From a virus (lineage: Duplodnaviria > Caudoviricetes), in IMG/VR virus record IMGVR_UViG_2524614649_000001: DNA of 64,000 bases, one strand, 5' to 3'. A program made the position numbers and the translations under genes. The first letter of the stretch is position 1; every line of letters starts with the position of its first letter. The notes below the pieces were generated by a model, which saw nothing but the letters and a program-made list of their open reading frames with translations, did not search any database and was not told the DNA's origin. Shown here in pieces: positions 44,339 to 53,784 of the stretch.

Positions 44339-44763
44339 GCGCGATGACGGCCGGCGAGCTCAAGCGCCCGAGCCTCACGATCAGCATCAAGCTCGAGGAC
44401 GAGACCGAGCAGACGATCAAGTGGACGTACGGCTTGTCCCAGGACCTCCAGCGCGTTCTGCCCGACCCGGCCTCGGTCGTCGATGTGATCATGTCCGACC
44501 CGGTGACGCGCGACTACATCATCCGCCGCTGCATGACGCCGCTGAAGCGCATGGTGACGGACACGGACAAGGACCTGCTGGCGTTCGAGGATTGCAAGCT
44601 CGACGACCCGGATGAGGTCGAGAAGCTGGTCCGTTGGGTCGCGGAGCACCTTCTGTATTTTTTCGCCATCTCGGCGGGGGGTCTGAAGAAGATCGGGGAG
44701 GCTCTCAAGGCCGCGACCAACCCGGGCCTACCCGACCCCTCGAAGACTGGTTCGCAGGACTAA
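44335..44763 (+). CDS. tail assembly chaperone (G-like)
   Basis: upstream of the tape measure gene; in-frame slippery heptamers T_TTT_TTC and G_GGG_GGT. Confidence 0.65.
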   Translation: MSAMTAGELKRPSLTISIKLEDETEQTIKWTYGLSQDLQRVLPDPASVVDVIMSDPVTRDYIIRRCMTPLKRMVTDTDKDLLAFEDCKLDDPDEVEKLVRWVAEHLLYFFAISAGGLKKIGEALKAATNPGLPDPSKTGSQD

Positions 44764-45053
44764 CCTTCGAGGACAGCATCTGCTGGGCCTACGGGGTTGA
44801 TGAGGGGGACCTCGAAGACCTCTACTGGCGACTGAGCTTCTACGAGCTCGTCGCCAAGGCCCGGCTGAAGCTGGGCGAAATGCACGCAGTCCAGCTCTGC
44901 CACTACTCGGCGTTCGCCAAAGTGGTGAGCCAGGCGCTGGGTGGTGACGACGGGGACAGCAGCGGGCGTGACCCCGATCGGGTCAACCTTGCCGACGCGC
45001 CCACCTACGACGCTGCGATCGCAAACATCAACGCCGCGCTGGGATTTGGTTGA
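44658..45053 (+). CDS. tail assembly chaperone -1 frameshift extension (T-like)
   Basis: -1 frame open 44634-45053 with no SD-led start; LEDWFAGLTFEDSICWAYG... Confidence 0.6.
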   Translation, partial: FFRHLGGGSEEDRGGSQGRDQPGPTRPLEDWFAGLTFEDSICWAYGVDEGDLEDLYWRLSFYELVAKARLKLGEMHAVQLCHYSAFAKVVSQALGGDDGDSSGRDPDRVNLADAPTYDAAIANINAALGFG

Positions 45054-45081
45054 CGACTTTTTCCGGGACGTCGCCAAAACC

Positions 45082-45155
45082 GCGGGCGTAGATGTTCGCA
45101 GCACAGGCTGCGAAAGGAGGTGATCTCGCCATCTACCCGCCGCTGGTTCCCCAGC
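45082..45155 (+). ncRNA. candidate structured RNA containing a 14-nt complement of the 16S rRNA 3' end
   Basis: GTAGATG/CATCTAC stem, TTCGCAGC/GCTGCGAA hairpin, GAAAGGAGGTGATC at 45112-45125. Confidence 0.35.
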
Positions 45156-45187
45156 CAGCCTCGGGTCAGACCTTTGGGAGCTGCCAG

Positions 45188-45220
45188 GCGTCCACCACGA
45201 TTTCTAAGCGTGGTGGACGC
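45188..45220. terminator. intergenic hairpin before the tape measure gene
   Basis: GCGTCCACCACG / CGTGGTGGACGC, 12-bp stem. Confidence 0.55.
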
Positions 45221-45221
45221 C

Positions 45222-45230
45222 TAATCCACA
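45222..45230 (+). promoter_or_regulatory. TAATCCACA box
   Basis: 52 nt upstream of ATG 45274. Confidence 0.7.
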
Positions 45231-45273
45231 ACCCCACCGTGAACTAGGCACCTCACTCCTGTTGAGAAGCGCC

Positions 45274-48200
45274 ATGAGCACCAATGGCGCCGTCGAGGCT
45301 GATGTCTTTCTGGGTGTGGACGGGCGGCAAATTGATGCCGCCTTCGCCAACATCAATAAGCACCTGTCGCAGATGCAGGGCCAGATCAATGGCATGGGTG
45401 ACAAGCTCAAGTCGACGCTGAACGGCCTCGACGCCCAGATGCTCAAATCCCTGAGCAACCTGAACAAGGCGATCTCGACGCTCGACGCCGCACAGAAGAA
45501 CGTGCAGCGGTTCAACCCGGCGGTCCAATCCGGCCAGAGCTGGGCCAAATACCAGGCGGACCAGAAGCAGGCTCGGGCGGACGAACGCAAGCACATGCGC
45601 GAAGTCGACGCTGCTTACCAGCAGCGCGAGCGGCAGGTGGCCAACGCCGCCGACCGCCGCGCCCGCCAAGAGGCCCAGATGTGGGCGCAGCGGGACCGCG
45701 CGGCCCAGACCGCCGAAGCCAAAGAGGAGCAGCTGGCTGAACGCCGCTGGGCTGTCGCCCGCGCGCGTGAGACCCGGCTCGAGCGTGAGCGCGAGCAGTC
45801 GATGCAGCGCACTTCGCGCCTCGCCGAGCAGAACAATTTCAAGATCGCCCGCGACAAGGTCCAGCAGGAAGTCAAGGCCGCCAGCGGTCTTCGCGAACTG
45901 GACAACCAGCGTCTCGTAGCCGCCGACCGGCTGAACCGCGCCCGCGCCATGCTCGGGAAGTTCGGCGCCGAGGAAGACCGCCAGCTCCTCCAGATGATCC
46001 AGCTGGAGAAGGAACGGCTGGCGCTGGCTGAAGCTCGGATCAAGGCCGACCGGGCGGCGGCGTCGAGCCGCTTCAAAAGCGACGCGGCCGTTGACGGCCG
46101 GCTCAACGTCCGCACCGGCAAGACTGACGAAGCGCAGCTCGCCTCGGCGCTGGGGCTCGGCCAGGCCCGTGCCCGGCAGGCCCAGCTTGAGACGCAGATC
46201 GCAAACCAAATCCAGCGTGCCCGCACCCTAACCGGGGAAGAGAAAGTCGACGCGGAGCGTGTGCTCAAGGTCGACGAAGCCCGGCTTCAGGTCATCAAGT
46301 CGCGCGTGCGCGAGCTTGAGCGTGAAGCGAAGGCGATGGTCCAGTCGGCGCAACCCAAGCCCGGCATGTATGGCCCGCCGACCCCTCCGGGTTTCAAGCC
46401 TCCGGGTGCCCCGCCGGCCCCGCCGAGCGGCGGGGGGCTGGGCGGTCTCTTCGGCAGCGGCGGCATCGGCGGCATCTTCCTCCGCACCGCGGCCTATGGC
46501 GGCGCGGCGGCGGCCATCTACGGCACCATCGCCGCGATCAAGGACGGCATCACCGCCTCGATCCAGTTCCGTGACGAGATCGCCAAGATTGGTGCAGTTG
46601 CGGGGCTGACTGCGTCGCAGCAGGACAAGCTCGCCAGCTCGATCCAGAGCGTCGCCAGCAACTCGCGCTTCGCCACCGACGAAATCGCCCAGGCCACGAT
46701 GGTCATGGCGCAGGCAGGTTTCTCTGCCAGCGACATTACCGACAGTCTGCAAAACGTGGCGAACCTCGCGGCCGCGTCGGGCACCAGCTTCCAAGAAGCA
46801 ACCGACGTCGTCACCGGCGCGATCGGCGCGTTCCAGCTCCAGACCTCGGAAACCGCGCACATCGCCGACACCCTGACGAGCGCGCTGAACACCACCAAGC
46901 TGAACATCCAGCAGGTTGCGCTGGGCATCCAGTATGCGGGTGCGACGGCCTATGAGAGCAAGGTCAGCTTCGAAGAACTGACGGCCGTCATGGCCACGAT
47001 GGCGCAGGCCGGCATCCGGTCGGGTTCGACGATCGGCACCGGCGTCCGCCAGTTCCTGGTCGATCTGCAGACGCCTACCAAGAAGATGACCGCCGAGATG
47101 ACCCGTCTGGGTCTCACGATGGAGGACCTGAACGTCAAGACCTTGGGTCTGCCCGAGGTGCTGCGTCGTCTCGGTGAGGCGGGCTTCGGTTCGGCAAGCG
47201 CCTACGGCTCGCTCGAAACCCGAGCGGCCGCGGCCTACCTGGTCCTGAAGAACAATCAGGGTCTCCTACAGGAACAGATCACGCTGCAGAACAGCCTCGG
47301 CGCCTCGGCCGAAGCCGCGGCGAAGGGCTCGGAGTCGCTCGCCGCCGAGTGGCAGCGTTTCAAGAACCAGCTGAACGAGTCCGTCGACCGTCAGATCAAG
47401 CCCGCGACCGACGCGCTGCGGGACATGCTTCACATGTTCAATGAGATGGGTGCGAACGAAGACCTGCGCCGGATGCGCGAAAATCTTCGCAACCTTGAGG
47501 AGGGCAGCGACGCCTGGATCGCGCAGATCGACGCCATCGAGGCCTACAAGGAAGCCCTCCGGGGTTCGGTTGAAATCGAGGAGGCGCACGCCGAGGCACT
47601 CGACGCAGCCAACACCCGCGTCAACGAAGCGAAGGATGCGCTCGACGCGCAAGAAACCACGATCCAGTCGTCGAGCGACGCGATCTCGCGTCTCGTCCAA
47701 CGCCAGGTCAGCCTCAAGGGGAACAGCGCCGCGCTTGCCGCCGAGACGGCGACGCTGGAGTCCCGCTTCGAAGGTCTGGCCTCCCAGCTGTATGGCACCG
47801 CCGCGAGCTACGAGAACCTGATCCTCGCCATGCAACGCTACCGGAAGGAAGCGATCGCAACCGGCGCGCTCAAGTCGGCCGAGCTGTCGATGGCCTACGA
47901 CCAGAAAGCGCGGGCACAGGGCGACAAGGCCGGGGCTTACGCCAACCGCCTTATTGCCAACGGCACCTACCAGTCGCTTCCCAAGGATGTTCAGAACGCC
48001 ATCGTCAGGTTGGCGAACAACCCGCGCGGTCCCGAGGCGAACACGTTGGGCATGCTGATCAGTGACTACGCCAACAAGCGGGGCACTGGTCTGAATAAAA
48101 TCCAGCAGGGGGACCTGCGTGCCTACGCCCTGAACGCCACCGGGGCGGGGCTCTCGGCGGTCTACCGCGATCAAGCCCGCAACCAGAGCTACATCTACAA

Positions 48201-49944
48201 CCACCTCGGGTCGAAGAAGGGCCAGGAGCTGCTGGCCGGCGTCGACAACATGGCCAAGATGAGCGAGGCCGATAAGAAGAAGTTCTTCGACGGCCTGCTC
48301 GCCGGTGCCGGGAACATGAACAAGTCCGAGAGTGTCCGTGGGGCCTATCAGCTGCTGGCCAACATGGCGCAGGGTCAGCTCGGCGCCGATCAGGCGGCAC
48401 CCAGCGGCGGCAGCAAGAAGAGCGGCAGCGCCGCCAGCCGCGCGGAGCGCGAGCAGGACCGGCGCAACCAGAAGATTGCCGACATGCGCCTCAAGGCGAC
48501 TGAGGCGGAATTGAAGAACGCGCTGAAGGGCATCACCGACAAGGGTGGGGACGTCAGCGGCGACGGCGGGGAAATCACCGTCAGCGCCGGTCGCGGTCTC
48601 ACGAAGACGCAGCTGCTCAAGAATATGGATCGGGTCGACAAGGCCCTCGACAAATGGATCGAGGACCGGACCAAGCAGGTCAAGGCCCAGATCGACAGCG
48701 CCAACATGAGCCCCGAAGAAGGCCAGCTCATGATGGACGAGCTCGCTCGCGAGATCGCCGAGAAGCGTGAAAGCACGGCGCGCGAGATGGAAAAGGGTCT
48801 CGTCGACGCGATGGACGCGATGGTCGAGACCATCATGAACGTCAAGGAGCGCGCCGAGCAGGCGGCCGACCAGGTCGTCGCGCTAGCGGACGCCCGTCTG
48901 CGCGCTTTGGATCGTTCGGCTCTGAAGGGCCAGGTGCCGGATTACGTCCGGGCCGGCTACGAACGGATGGCCGACCGGGCCAAGGAGAACCGTGACGCCC
49001 AGCAGATCGGCATCAACAACAAGACGATCGAGTCGCTGCAGGCGAAGCAAACCTTCTGGCAGGACATCTTCGACGAGGCGAAGGCGCGCGGCGCCATCGT
49101 CAATCTGCAGGCTGCGGACGACAAGCTGGCCCAGATCAAGGACCAGATGACGCAGCTGCAGATGCAGAACGAAGTCCTGCAGACCAGCCTCCAGACGAGC
49201 GGGCTCGTGCCGCAGTCGATCGGCGAAAGCTGGAAGGCTGTCGTTGACAACTGGCGTGACGCCAACAAGGGCGCGGGGGACCTCTCCAACGTCATCCGCA
49301 TGAACCTCGGCGACGCGCTCAACACTGTGCAGGGGTCGATGGAGGAGTTCCTCGGCAACGTCATCTCCGGCACGATGTCGATGCGCGAAGCCTTCCGCTC
49401 GATGGTCCAGTCGATCATCCAGTATCTCATCAAGCTCATCGTCAAGATGCTTGTGGTGAAGGCGCTGCAGGCGGCGCTCGGCGGCGGCGGGGGCGGCACC
49501 GGCGAGGGCAACGGCATCGGATCGTTCGGCTCGTCGTCGCCCAGCTTCTCCGGCTATGTCGGGATCGGCAGCTCGCTCGGCCATTTCAATGGCGGCGAGA
49601 TCGGGCGCTCGAACGGCGGCATGGTCGAGAATGGCGTGCCGAGCCGTGACAGCGTCCGCACCAAGCTGGCCAAGGGCGAGTTCGTCCAGCGCAAGTGGGC
49701 GGTCGACAACGTCGGCCGGGACTTCATGGCGGACCTCAACAATCGCGGGAAAGCGGCCCTCACCGGCGTGACCCCCAAGATCGTGATGCCGCCGCCCGCC
49801 CACCAGGAGATGAAGGTCTACGTCGTCTCCGAGGAGAGCAAGCCGCAGATGGGGCCGAACGACGTTCTGGTAACCGTCGCCAACGACATCATCAAGGGCG
49901 GCAATCTGAAGCAGCTCGTCAAGCACGTTTCGCAGGGAGGTTAA
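45274..49944 (+). CDS. tape measure protein
   Basis: about 1556 aa, Ala/Gln-rich; TP901-type core (AQAGFSASDI...LAAASGT...AETAHIAD.L...GTGVRQ). Confidence 0.92.
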   Translation: MSTNGAVEADVFLGVDGRQIDAAFANINKHLSQMQGQINGMGDKLKSTLNGLDAQMLKSLSNLNKAISTLDAAQKNVQRFNPAVQSGQSWAKYQADQKQARADERKHMREVDAAYQQRERQVANAADRRARQEAQMWAQRDRAAQTAEAKEEQLAERRWAVARARETRLEREREQSMQRTSRLAEQNNFKIARDKVQQEVKAASGLRELDNQRLVAADRLNRARAMLGKFGAEEDRQLLQMIQLEKERLALAEARIKADRAAASSRFKSDAAVDGRLNVRTGKTDEAQLASALGLGQARARQAQLETQIANQIQRARTLTGEEKVDAERVLKVDEARLQVIKSRVRELEREAKAMVQSAQPKPGMYGPPTPPGFKPPGAPPAPPSGGGLGGLFGSGGIGGIFLRTAAYGGAAAAIYGTIAAIKDGITASIQFRDEIAKIGAVAGLTASQQDKLASSIQSVASNSRFATDEIAQATMVMAQAGFSASDITDSLQNVANLAAASGTSFQEATDVVTGAIGAFQLQTSETAHIADTLTSALNTTKLNIQQVALGIQYAGATAYESKVSFEELTAVMATMAQAGIRSGSTIGTGVRQFLVDLQTPTKKMTAEMTRLGLTMEDLNVKTLGLPEVLRRLGEAGFGSASAYGSLETRAAAAYLVLKNNQGLLQEQITLQNSLGASAEAAAKGSESLAAEWQRFKNQLNESVDRQIKPATDALRDMLHMFNEMGANEDLRRMRENLRNLEEGSDAWIAQIDAIEAYKEALRGSVEIEEAHAEALDAANTRVNEAKDALDAQETTIQSSSDAISRLVQRQVSLKGNSAALAAETATLESRFEGLASQLYGTAASYENLILAMQRYRKEAIATGALKSAELSMAYDQKARAQGDKAGAYANRLIANGTYQSLPKDVQNAIVRLANNPRGPEANTLGMLISDYANKRGTGLNKIQQGDLRAYALNATGAGLSAVYRDQARNQSYIYNHLGSKKGQELLAGVDNMAKMSEADKKKFFDGLLAGAGNMNKSESVRGAYQLLANMAQGQLGADQAAPSGGSKKSGSAASRAEREQDRRNQKIADMRLKATEAELKNALKGITDKGGDVSGDGGEITVSAGRGLTKTQLLKNMDRVDKALDKWIEDRTKQVKAQIDSANMSPEEGQLMMDELAREIAEKRESTAREMEKGLVDAMDAMVETIMNVKERAEQAADQVVALADARLRALDRSALKGQVPDYVRAGYERMADRAKENRDAQQIGINNKTIESLQAKQTFWQDIFDEAKARGAIVNLQAADDKLAQIKDQMTQLQMQNEVLQTSLQTSGLVPQSIGESWKAVVDNWRDANKGAGDLSNVIRMNLGDALNTVQGSMEEFLGNVISGTMSMREAFRSMVQSIIQYLIKLIVKMLVVKALQAALGGGGGGTGEGNGIGSFGSSSPSFSGYVGIGSSLGHFNGGEIGRSNGGMVENGVPSRDSVRTKLAKGEFVQRKWAVDNVGRDFMADLNNRGKAALTGVTPKIVMPPPAHQEMKVYVVSEESKPQMGPNDVLVTVANDIIKGGNLKQLVKHVSQGG

Positions 49945-49945
49945 T

Positions 49946-50347
49946 TTGGCAGGCCTATTCGACTTCTGCCCGGGACGGATCGTGCCCACGATCAAACCGC
50001 CGCCGGCGCAGGGCAAGGCCGTATCCTTCAACGGCTGGCAGTTCTCGTCGCGCCCGACGGTGCCCTACCAGAAGGTGTTCGTCCTGAAGCTCCAGGGCAT
50101 GCGCTGGTATCTGCAGGACAACGGGATGTTCAACATGTCGGTTGACCCGCATTTCAATGCACGGCGGCTCGAGCTCTTCTACGAAGAAAACGGCACCTGG
50201 GACAATTTCGACTTCCCGCACCCGCACCTCGGCATGCTTCGCTGCCGCTTCAAGGAGCCGGTCGAAATCCCCGCCGCCGTGCCGAACTCGAACGGCTTCA
50301 TCGATGCCTTCGAGATCACGCTTGTCCACCACAACCCGGGGTTCTGA
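49946..50347 (+). CDS. distal tail (Dit / lambda M-like) protein
   Basis: directly after the tape measure gene; LELFY..NG.WD.FDFPHP..G...CRFKEP. Confidence 0.6.
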   Translation: MAGLFDFCPGRIVPTIKPPPAQGKAVSFNGWQFSSRPTVPYQKVFVLKLQGMRWYLQDNGMFNMSVDPHFNARRLELFYEENGTWDNFDFPHPHLGMLRCRFKEPVEIPAAVPNSNGFIDAFEITLVHHNPGF

Positions 50348-50349
50348 TC

Positions 50350-50901
50350 ATGGCTAGTCTCGCGCGCGTCGGCCGCCGTAACGAAATCCCGCTCTCGATC
50401 GTCGAGGGCGGGAGCGGAATGATCCACGGTGTCGTCTCGGAAGCCGACCAGAAACAGATCCCGGTCTACGCCTTCGTGAACCCGCGCCACGTCCTGCGGA
50501 CGAAGCCGTCGTGCCCGCTGAAGACCGGGATGGTCATCAAGACGCCGCACGGCGATCACTTCATCGTCGGCACCAACGGCCCGTCCGAGCAGCGTGAGGG
50601 AACGCTGTGGCAGAGCTGGCGCCTGTTCGAGGCGACGCAGCTGGTCCACTGGCAGCGCCGCACCCAAGTCGAGGACAAGGTCACCGGCCTAAAGCGCGAC
50701 GGCGTGCTGCAGGATATGGGCATGATCTGGGCGGCGGTCGAGCCGCTCGACCGCGAGGTCGGCGACTTCCGCATGAGCGCGAGCTTCGAACAGTCGCGCG
50801 TCATCACCGGCCGTCCGATCAAGCACGATGACCTGATCGACAACCGCAAGGTGTCGCGCGCCGAACCCTCGCTCGGTGTCATCATCGGGGTCGTGACCTA
50901 A
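50350..50901 (+). CDS. hypothetical virion protein
   Basis: 183 aa in the tail module. Confidence 0.6.
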   Translation: MASLARVGRRNEIPLSIVEGGSGMIHGVVSEADQKQIPVYAFVNPRHVLRTKPSCPLKTGMVIKTPHGDHFIVGTNGPSEQREGTLWQSWRLFEATQLVHWQRRTQVEDKVTGLKRDGVLQDMGMIWAAVEPLDREVGDFRMSASFEQSRVITGRPIKHDDLIDNRKVSRAEPSLGVIIGVVT

Positions 50902-51000
50902 CGGTTGATGGCGGTTGCCGCGCTTCTTCGTGAAACGGGCAACCGTCGCTCGCAAAGGATGGCTTCGAACAGTTTCGCCTACCCTTGAGGAGCACCCGCC

Positions 51001-51840
51001 ATGTCGGCACCGAAGAAGAACGCTTTCATGCTCTCCAGCGCCACTCTGATGATGTGCCGCTATGGGGACACCCCCGTTTTCGATCTCACCCCGGCGCTGC
51101 ATGGCGTGGGCCTGTCGGAAGAGATCGCCGTCAACCTGGACAGCTCGAACGTCGACCTGACCGCCGGCATCGCGCAGGCGATCGTCGACAGCCAGCGCGT
51201 GAACGTGCAGGCGGGCATCACCGGCACGGTGAAGGAATACAGCCCCGAGAACCTGCTGCGCGCACAGGGTCTCGCGACCGGCGCCGTCACGACCCTTCGT
51301 GGTAAGCTGACCGCCCCGGCCGCCGCCGCTGCTGTCTCGCTGTCGGTAGCGACCGACCCGATCCCGGGTGACCCGTCGAGCGACATGGGCACCGCCGCAG
51401 CTGCCGTGAAGGCCGGCTCGGTCGTGCTGATCCAGGACCCGGCGACGCCGGAACTGGTCTTCCCGGCCCGCGTCAAGGCGGACTCGACCTATGCGGCCGG
51501 TGTCCACACTATCTCGATCGCCGACACGCCGCTCCCGGCGGGCATGTCGTTCCCGGTCGATGCGAAGATTTGGGTCGTGACCGAGATGGCGGTCGGCGCG
51601 ATGGGCAACACCGATCTCTTCTCGGTGAAGATCGTCGGCACCCTGTCGAACTTCAATCGCCCGATCGTCGCGGTCTTCCCGAAGGTCCAGGTGACCAAGG
51701 GCTTCAACCTGACCTTCTCCGAGAAGGAATACGGCACGATGCCGTGGGAAATGCGCCCGCTGCTCCTGTCGGCCTCGGAAGCCACCGGCCGCCTGGCCGA
51801 GATCGGCACCAAGGCGCCGGGCAAGGTCTACGCCGCGTAA
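51001..51840 (+). CDS. probable major tail tube protein
   Basis: strong GAGGAG SD, own terminator, Ala/Thr/Val-rich, FPKVQVT.GF.L.F...YG.MPWE..P. Confidence 0.65.
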   Translation: MSAPKKNAFMLSSATLMMCRYGDTPVFDLTPALHGVGLSEEIAVNLDSSNVDLTAGIAQAIVDSQRVNVQAGITGTVKEYSPENLLRAQGLATGAVTTLRGKLTAPAAAAAVSLSVATDPIPGDPSSDMGTAAAAVKAGSVVLIQDPATPELVFPARVKADSTYAAGVHTISIADTPLPAGMSFPVDAKIWVVTEMAVGAMGNTDLFSVKIVGTLSNFNRPIVAVFPKVQVTKGFNLTFSEKEYGTMPWEMRPLLLSASEATGRLAEIGTKAPGKVYAA

Positions 51841-51862
51841 CCCGACACAATGTTGGAAGGGG

Positions 51863-51888
51863 AGAGGGGGCCGATCGGCCCCCTCTTT
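51863..51888 (+). terminator. terminator-like palindrome after the tail tube gene
   Basis: perfect 24-bp palindrome AGAGGGGGCCGATCGGCCCCCTCT followed by TT. Confidence 0.7.
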
Positions 51889-51894
51889 CATGCC

Positions 51895-51903
51895 TAATCC
51901 ACA
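51895..51903 (+). promoter_or_regulatory. TAATCCACA box
   Basis: 53 nt upstream of GTG 51948; TAC at +41. Confidence 0.7.
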
Positions 51904-51947
51904 AGCGTTCCTAGTCCACCACGCTGCCTCACCAATACAGCGCGGGT

Positions 51948-52442
51948 GTGACCAGCACCCCCATCGAACATATCCAAGACGCCCACAAGCTAGTCGCCGA
52001 CGCGGAAATCGATCTGTTCGAGCTGACCCCGATCGGCGGCGGGACGGTCTACTTCAAAAACGAGAACGAGGTCACCTGGCAGGGCAATCTCTACGAGGGC
52101 CTGCCGGTCAGTTTCGACGGCATCAAACGGTCGTCGCAAGGCACCGCGCTGGCTCCCAAGATGAACATCGGCGACGGCACCGTCGATCTGTCGCCGTTCA
52201 AGCCGCTCGTGTTCGACGGCTGGCTGGATGACGCCACCGTCCGCCACATCATGGTCCTGCGTGAACATGTCGAGGCCGACGTGCCGATCTTTCAGGAGCG
52301 GTTCTACCGCGTGAAGCGGCTCGAGGAATACCACCGCATGTGGATCGCGATGCAGCTGGCTACCGCCTCGGACGCGCTCGGCTTCACTTTGCCGCACCGC
52401 CAGTATCATCCGCCGGCCTTCCCCGCGGTGGCGCCGCAATGA
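51948..52442 (+). CDS. minor tail protein (lambda L-like N-terminal / hub)
   Basis: IDLFEL...YF.NE..VTWQGN.YE.LP...G; LPHRQ near the C-terminus. Confidence 0.7.
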   Translation: MTSTPIEHIQDAHKLVADAEIDLFELTPIGGGTVYFKNENEVTWQGNLYEGLPVSFDGIKRSSQGTALAPKMNIGDGTVDLSPFKPLVFDGWLDDATVRHIMVLREHVEADVPIFQERFYRVKRLEEYHRMWIAMQLATASDALGFTLPHRQYHPPAFPAVAPQ

Positions 52443-52912
52443 TCGTCTACCAGCCCTTCATCGGCCGCCCGTTCCTCTACGGCGTTCGCGATTGTTACGC
52501 GCTCGTGCGCGACATCTACGAGGCGAGCTTCGGTCTCAAGCTCACCAATTACGCCCGGCCCACCAACTGGCGTGCCGACACGGTCGATCTCATCAATTCG
52601 CTCTACGCCCACGACGGCTTCCAGATGGTCGTGGACTGGACCGCCAAGGACCTCCGGCCGGGGGACATCCTCTGCATGGCCGTGGGCGAGCGCGCGGCGA
52701 ACCACATGGCCGTCTACGTCGGCGACAACAAGGTGGCCCACCATCTCTGGGGCCGTCTGGCCTCGGAAGACCCTTACCGCGACTTCTTCCGCAGCACGAC
52801 CTGTTTCGTCCTGCGCCACCCGGACGTGCCCGACCTTCGTCCCGTCCTCCCCGTGACAGACATCAGGAGCCTTCTTCGTGAACGCTATGACGCAATCCGT
52901 CCTGCTGACTGA
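52439..52912 (+). CDS. NlpC/P60 tail peptidase (lambda K C-terminal-like)
   Basis: IGRPF.YG.RDCY.LVRD.Y...PGDIL...ANHMAVYVGD...HH. Confidence 0.9.
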   Translation: MIVYQPFIGRPFLYGVRDCYALVRDIYEASFGLKLTNYARPTNWRADTVDLINSLYAHDGFQMVVDWTAKDLRPGDILCMAVGERAANHMAVYVGDNKVAHHLWGRLASEDPYRDFFRSTTCFVLRHPDVPDLRPVLPVTDIRSLLRERYDAIRPAD

Positions 52913-53234
52913 GCTGGCAGGATCGCTGGAGTTCGGCCAGCCCGAACGCTGTGGTGTGATCACCGCGGCGGGCGAGCTGCTGGAGATCGAGAACATCCAC
53001 ACCGACCCGGTCAAGGGGTTCCACATGGACCCGCTCTCGTTCCTGAAGGCGATCGAGGACGGCGCGACCGCCACCTGGCACACACACCCGGCCGCCGATC
53101 CCAACCTGTCGGAAGACGACCGGCAGGGCTTCGCCCAATGGCCGGAGCTGACGCACCACATCGTCGGCATCCGCGACGGTGAGCCGACCGTCCACAGCTT
53201 CGCCTTCGTCAACGACATCCTGGTGACAGTATGA
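52878..53234 (+). CDS. JAB/MPN metalloprotease (lambda K N-terminal-like)
   Basis: ERCG...ENIH...WHTHP...S.DD, JAMM residues intact. Confidence 0.9.
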   Translation: MNAMTQSVLLTELAGSLEFGQPERCGVITAAGELLEIENIHTDPVKGFHMDPLSFLKAIEDGATATWHTHPAADPNLSEDDRQGFAQWPELTHHIVGIRDGEPTVHSFAFVNDILVTV

Positions 53235-53776
53235 AGATCGTCCTGCATGGCGAGCTCGCCAAGCGGTTCGGCCGCGAGCACACCATCCAGACCAACGTGC
53301 CGGCCGAGGCACTGGAAGGATTGTCGCGCCAGTTCGCGGACTGGCCGCGGGAGATGGCCGTCGACGTCGTCGGCTATCGCACCGAGGAAAAGCTGCGGAC
53401 GCCGACCACCGACAAGGAGCTGCACCTCATGCCCGCCATGCACGGCGGCGGCGGCGTGGTGAAGATCGTCATCGGCGTGGTCATGATCGTTGCGGCCATC
53501 ATCCTTCCCAAGGGTCCGTGGACGCCCATCCTGATGTCGATGGGCGCGAGCCTTATCATGTCCGGGGTTTGCGACCTGCTGATGAAGGCACCCACGGTCG
53601 ACAAATCGAACGACCCTCCGGCCTCCAAATATCTGGGCATCAATCGCAACACTGTCGCGATCGGAACCTTCATCCCGCTTGCCTACGGCCGCAACAAGAT
53701 TGCCGGCCACTGGCTCTCCCTGCAGTCGGACTCGAACCAGCTGGTCGCGACGTCCTTCCCGGCCACCACCAGCTAG
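53231..53776 (+). CDS. tail assembly protein I-like (ubiquitin-like N-terminus)
   Basis: IVLHGELAKRFG...EALEGL...LHLMPAMHGGGG, then hydrophobic segments and G.FIPLAYG. Confidence 0.85.
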   Translation: MKIVLHGELAKRFGREHTIQTNVPAEALEGLSRQFADWPREMAVDVVGYRTEEKLRTPTTDKELHLMPAMHGGGGVVKIVIGVVMIVAAIILPKGPWTPILMSMGASLIMSGVCDLLMKAPTVDKSNDPPASKYLGINRNTVAIGTFIPLAYGRNKIAGHWLSLQSDSNQLVATSFPATTS

Positions 53777-53784
53777 GATCACCC

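Noticed and set aside
45112-45125. 16S rRNA gene fragment
   Set aside because: Only 14 nt match the 16S 3' end; flanks are unrelated, so it is treated as a candidate regulatory RNA instead.
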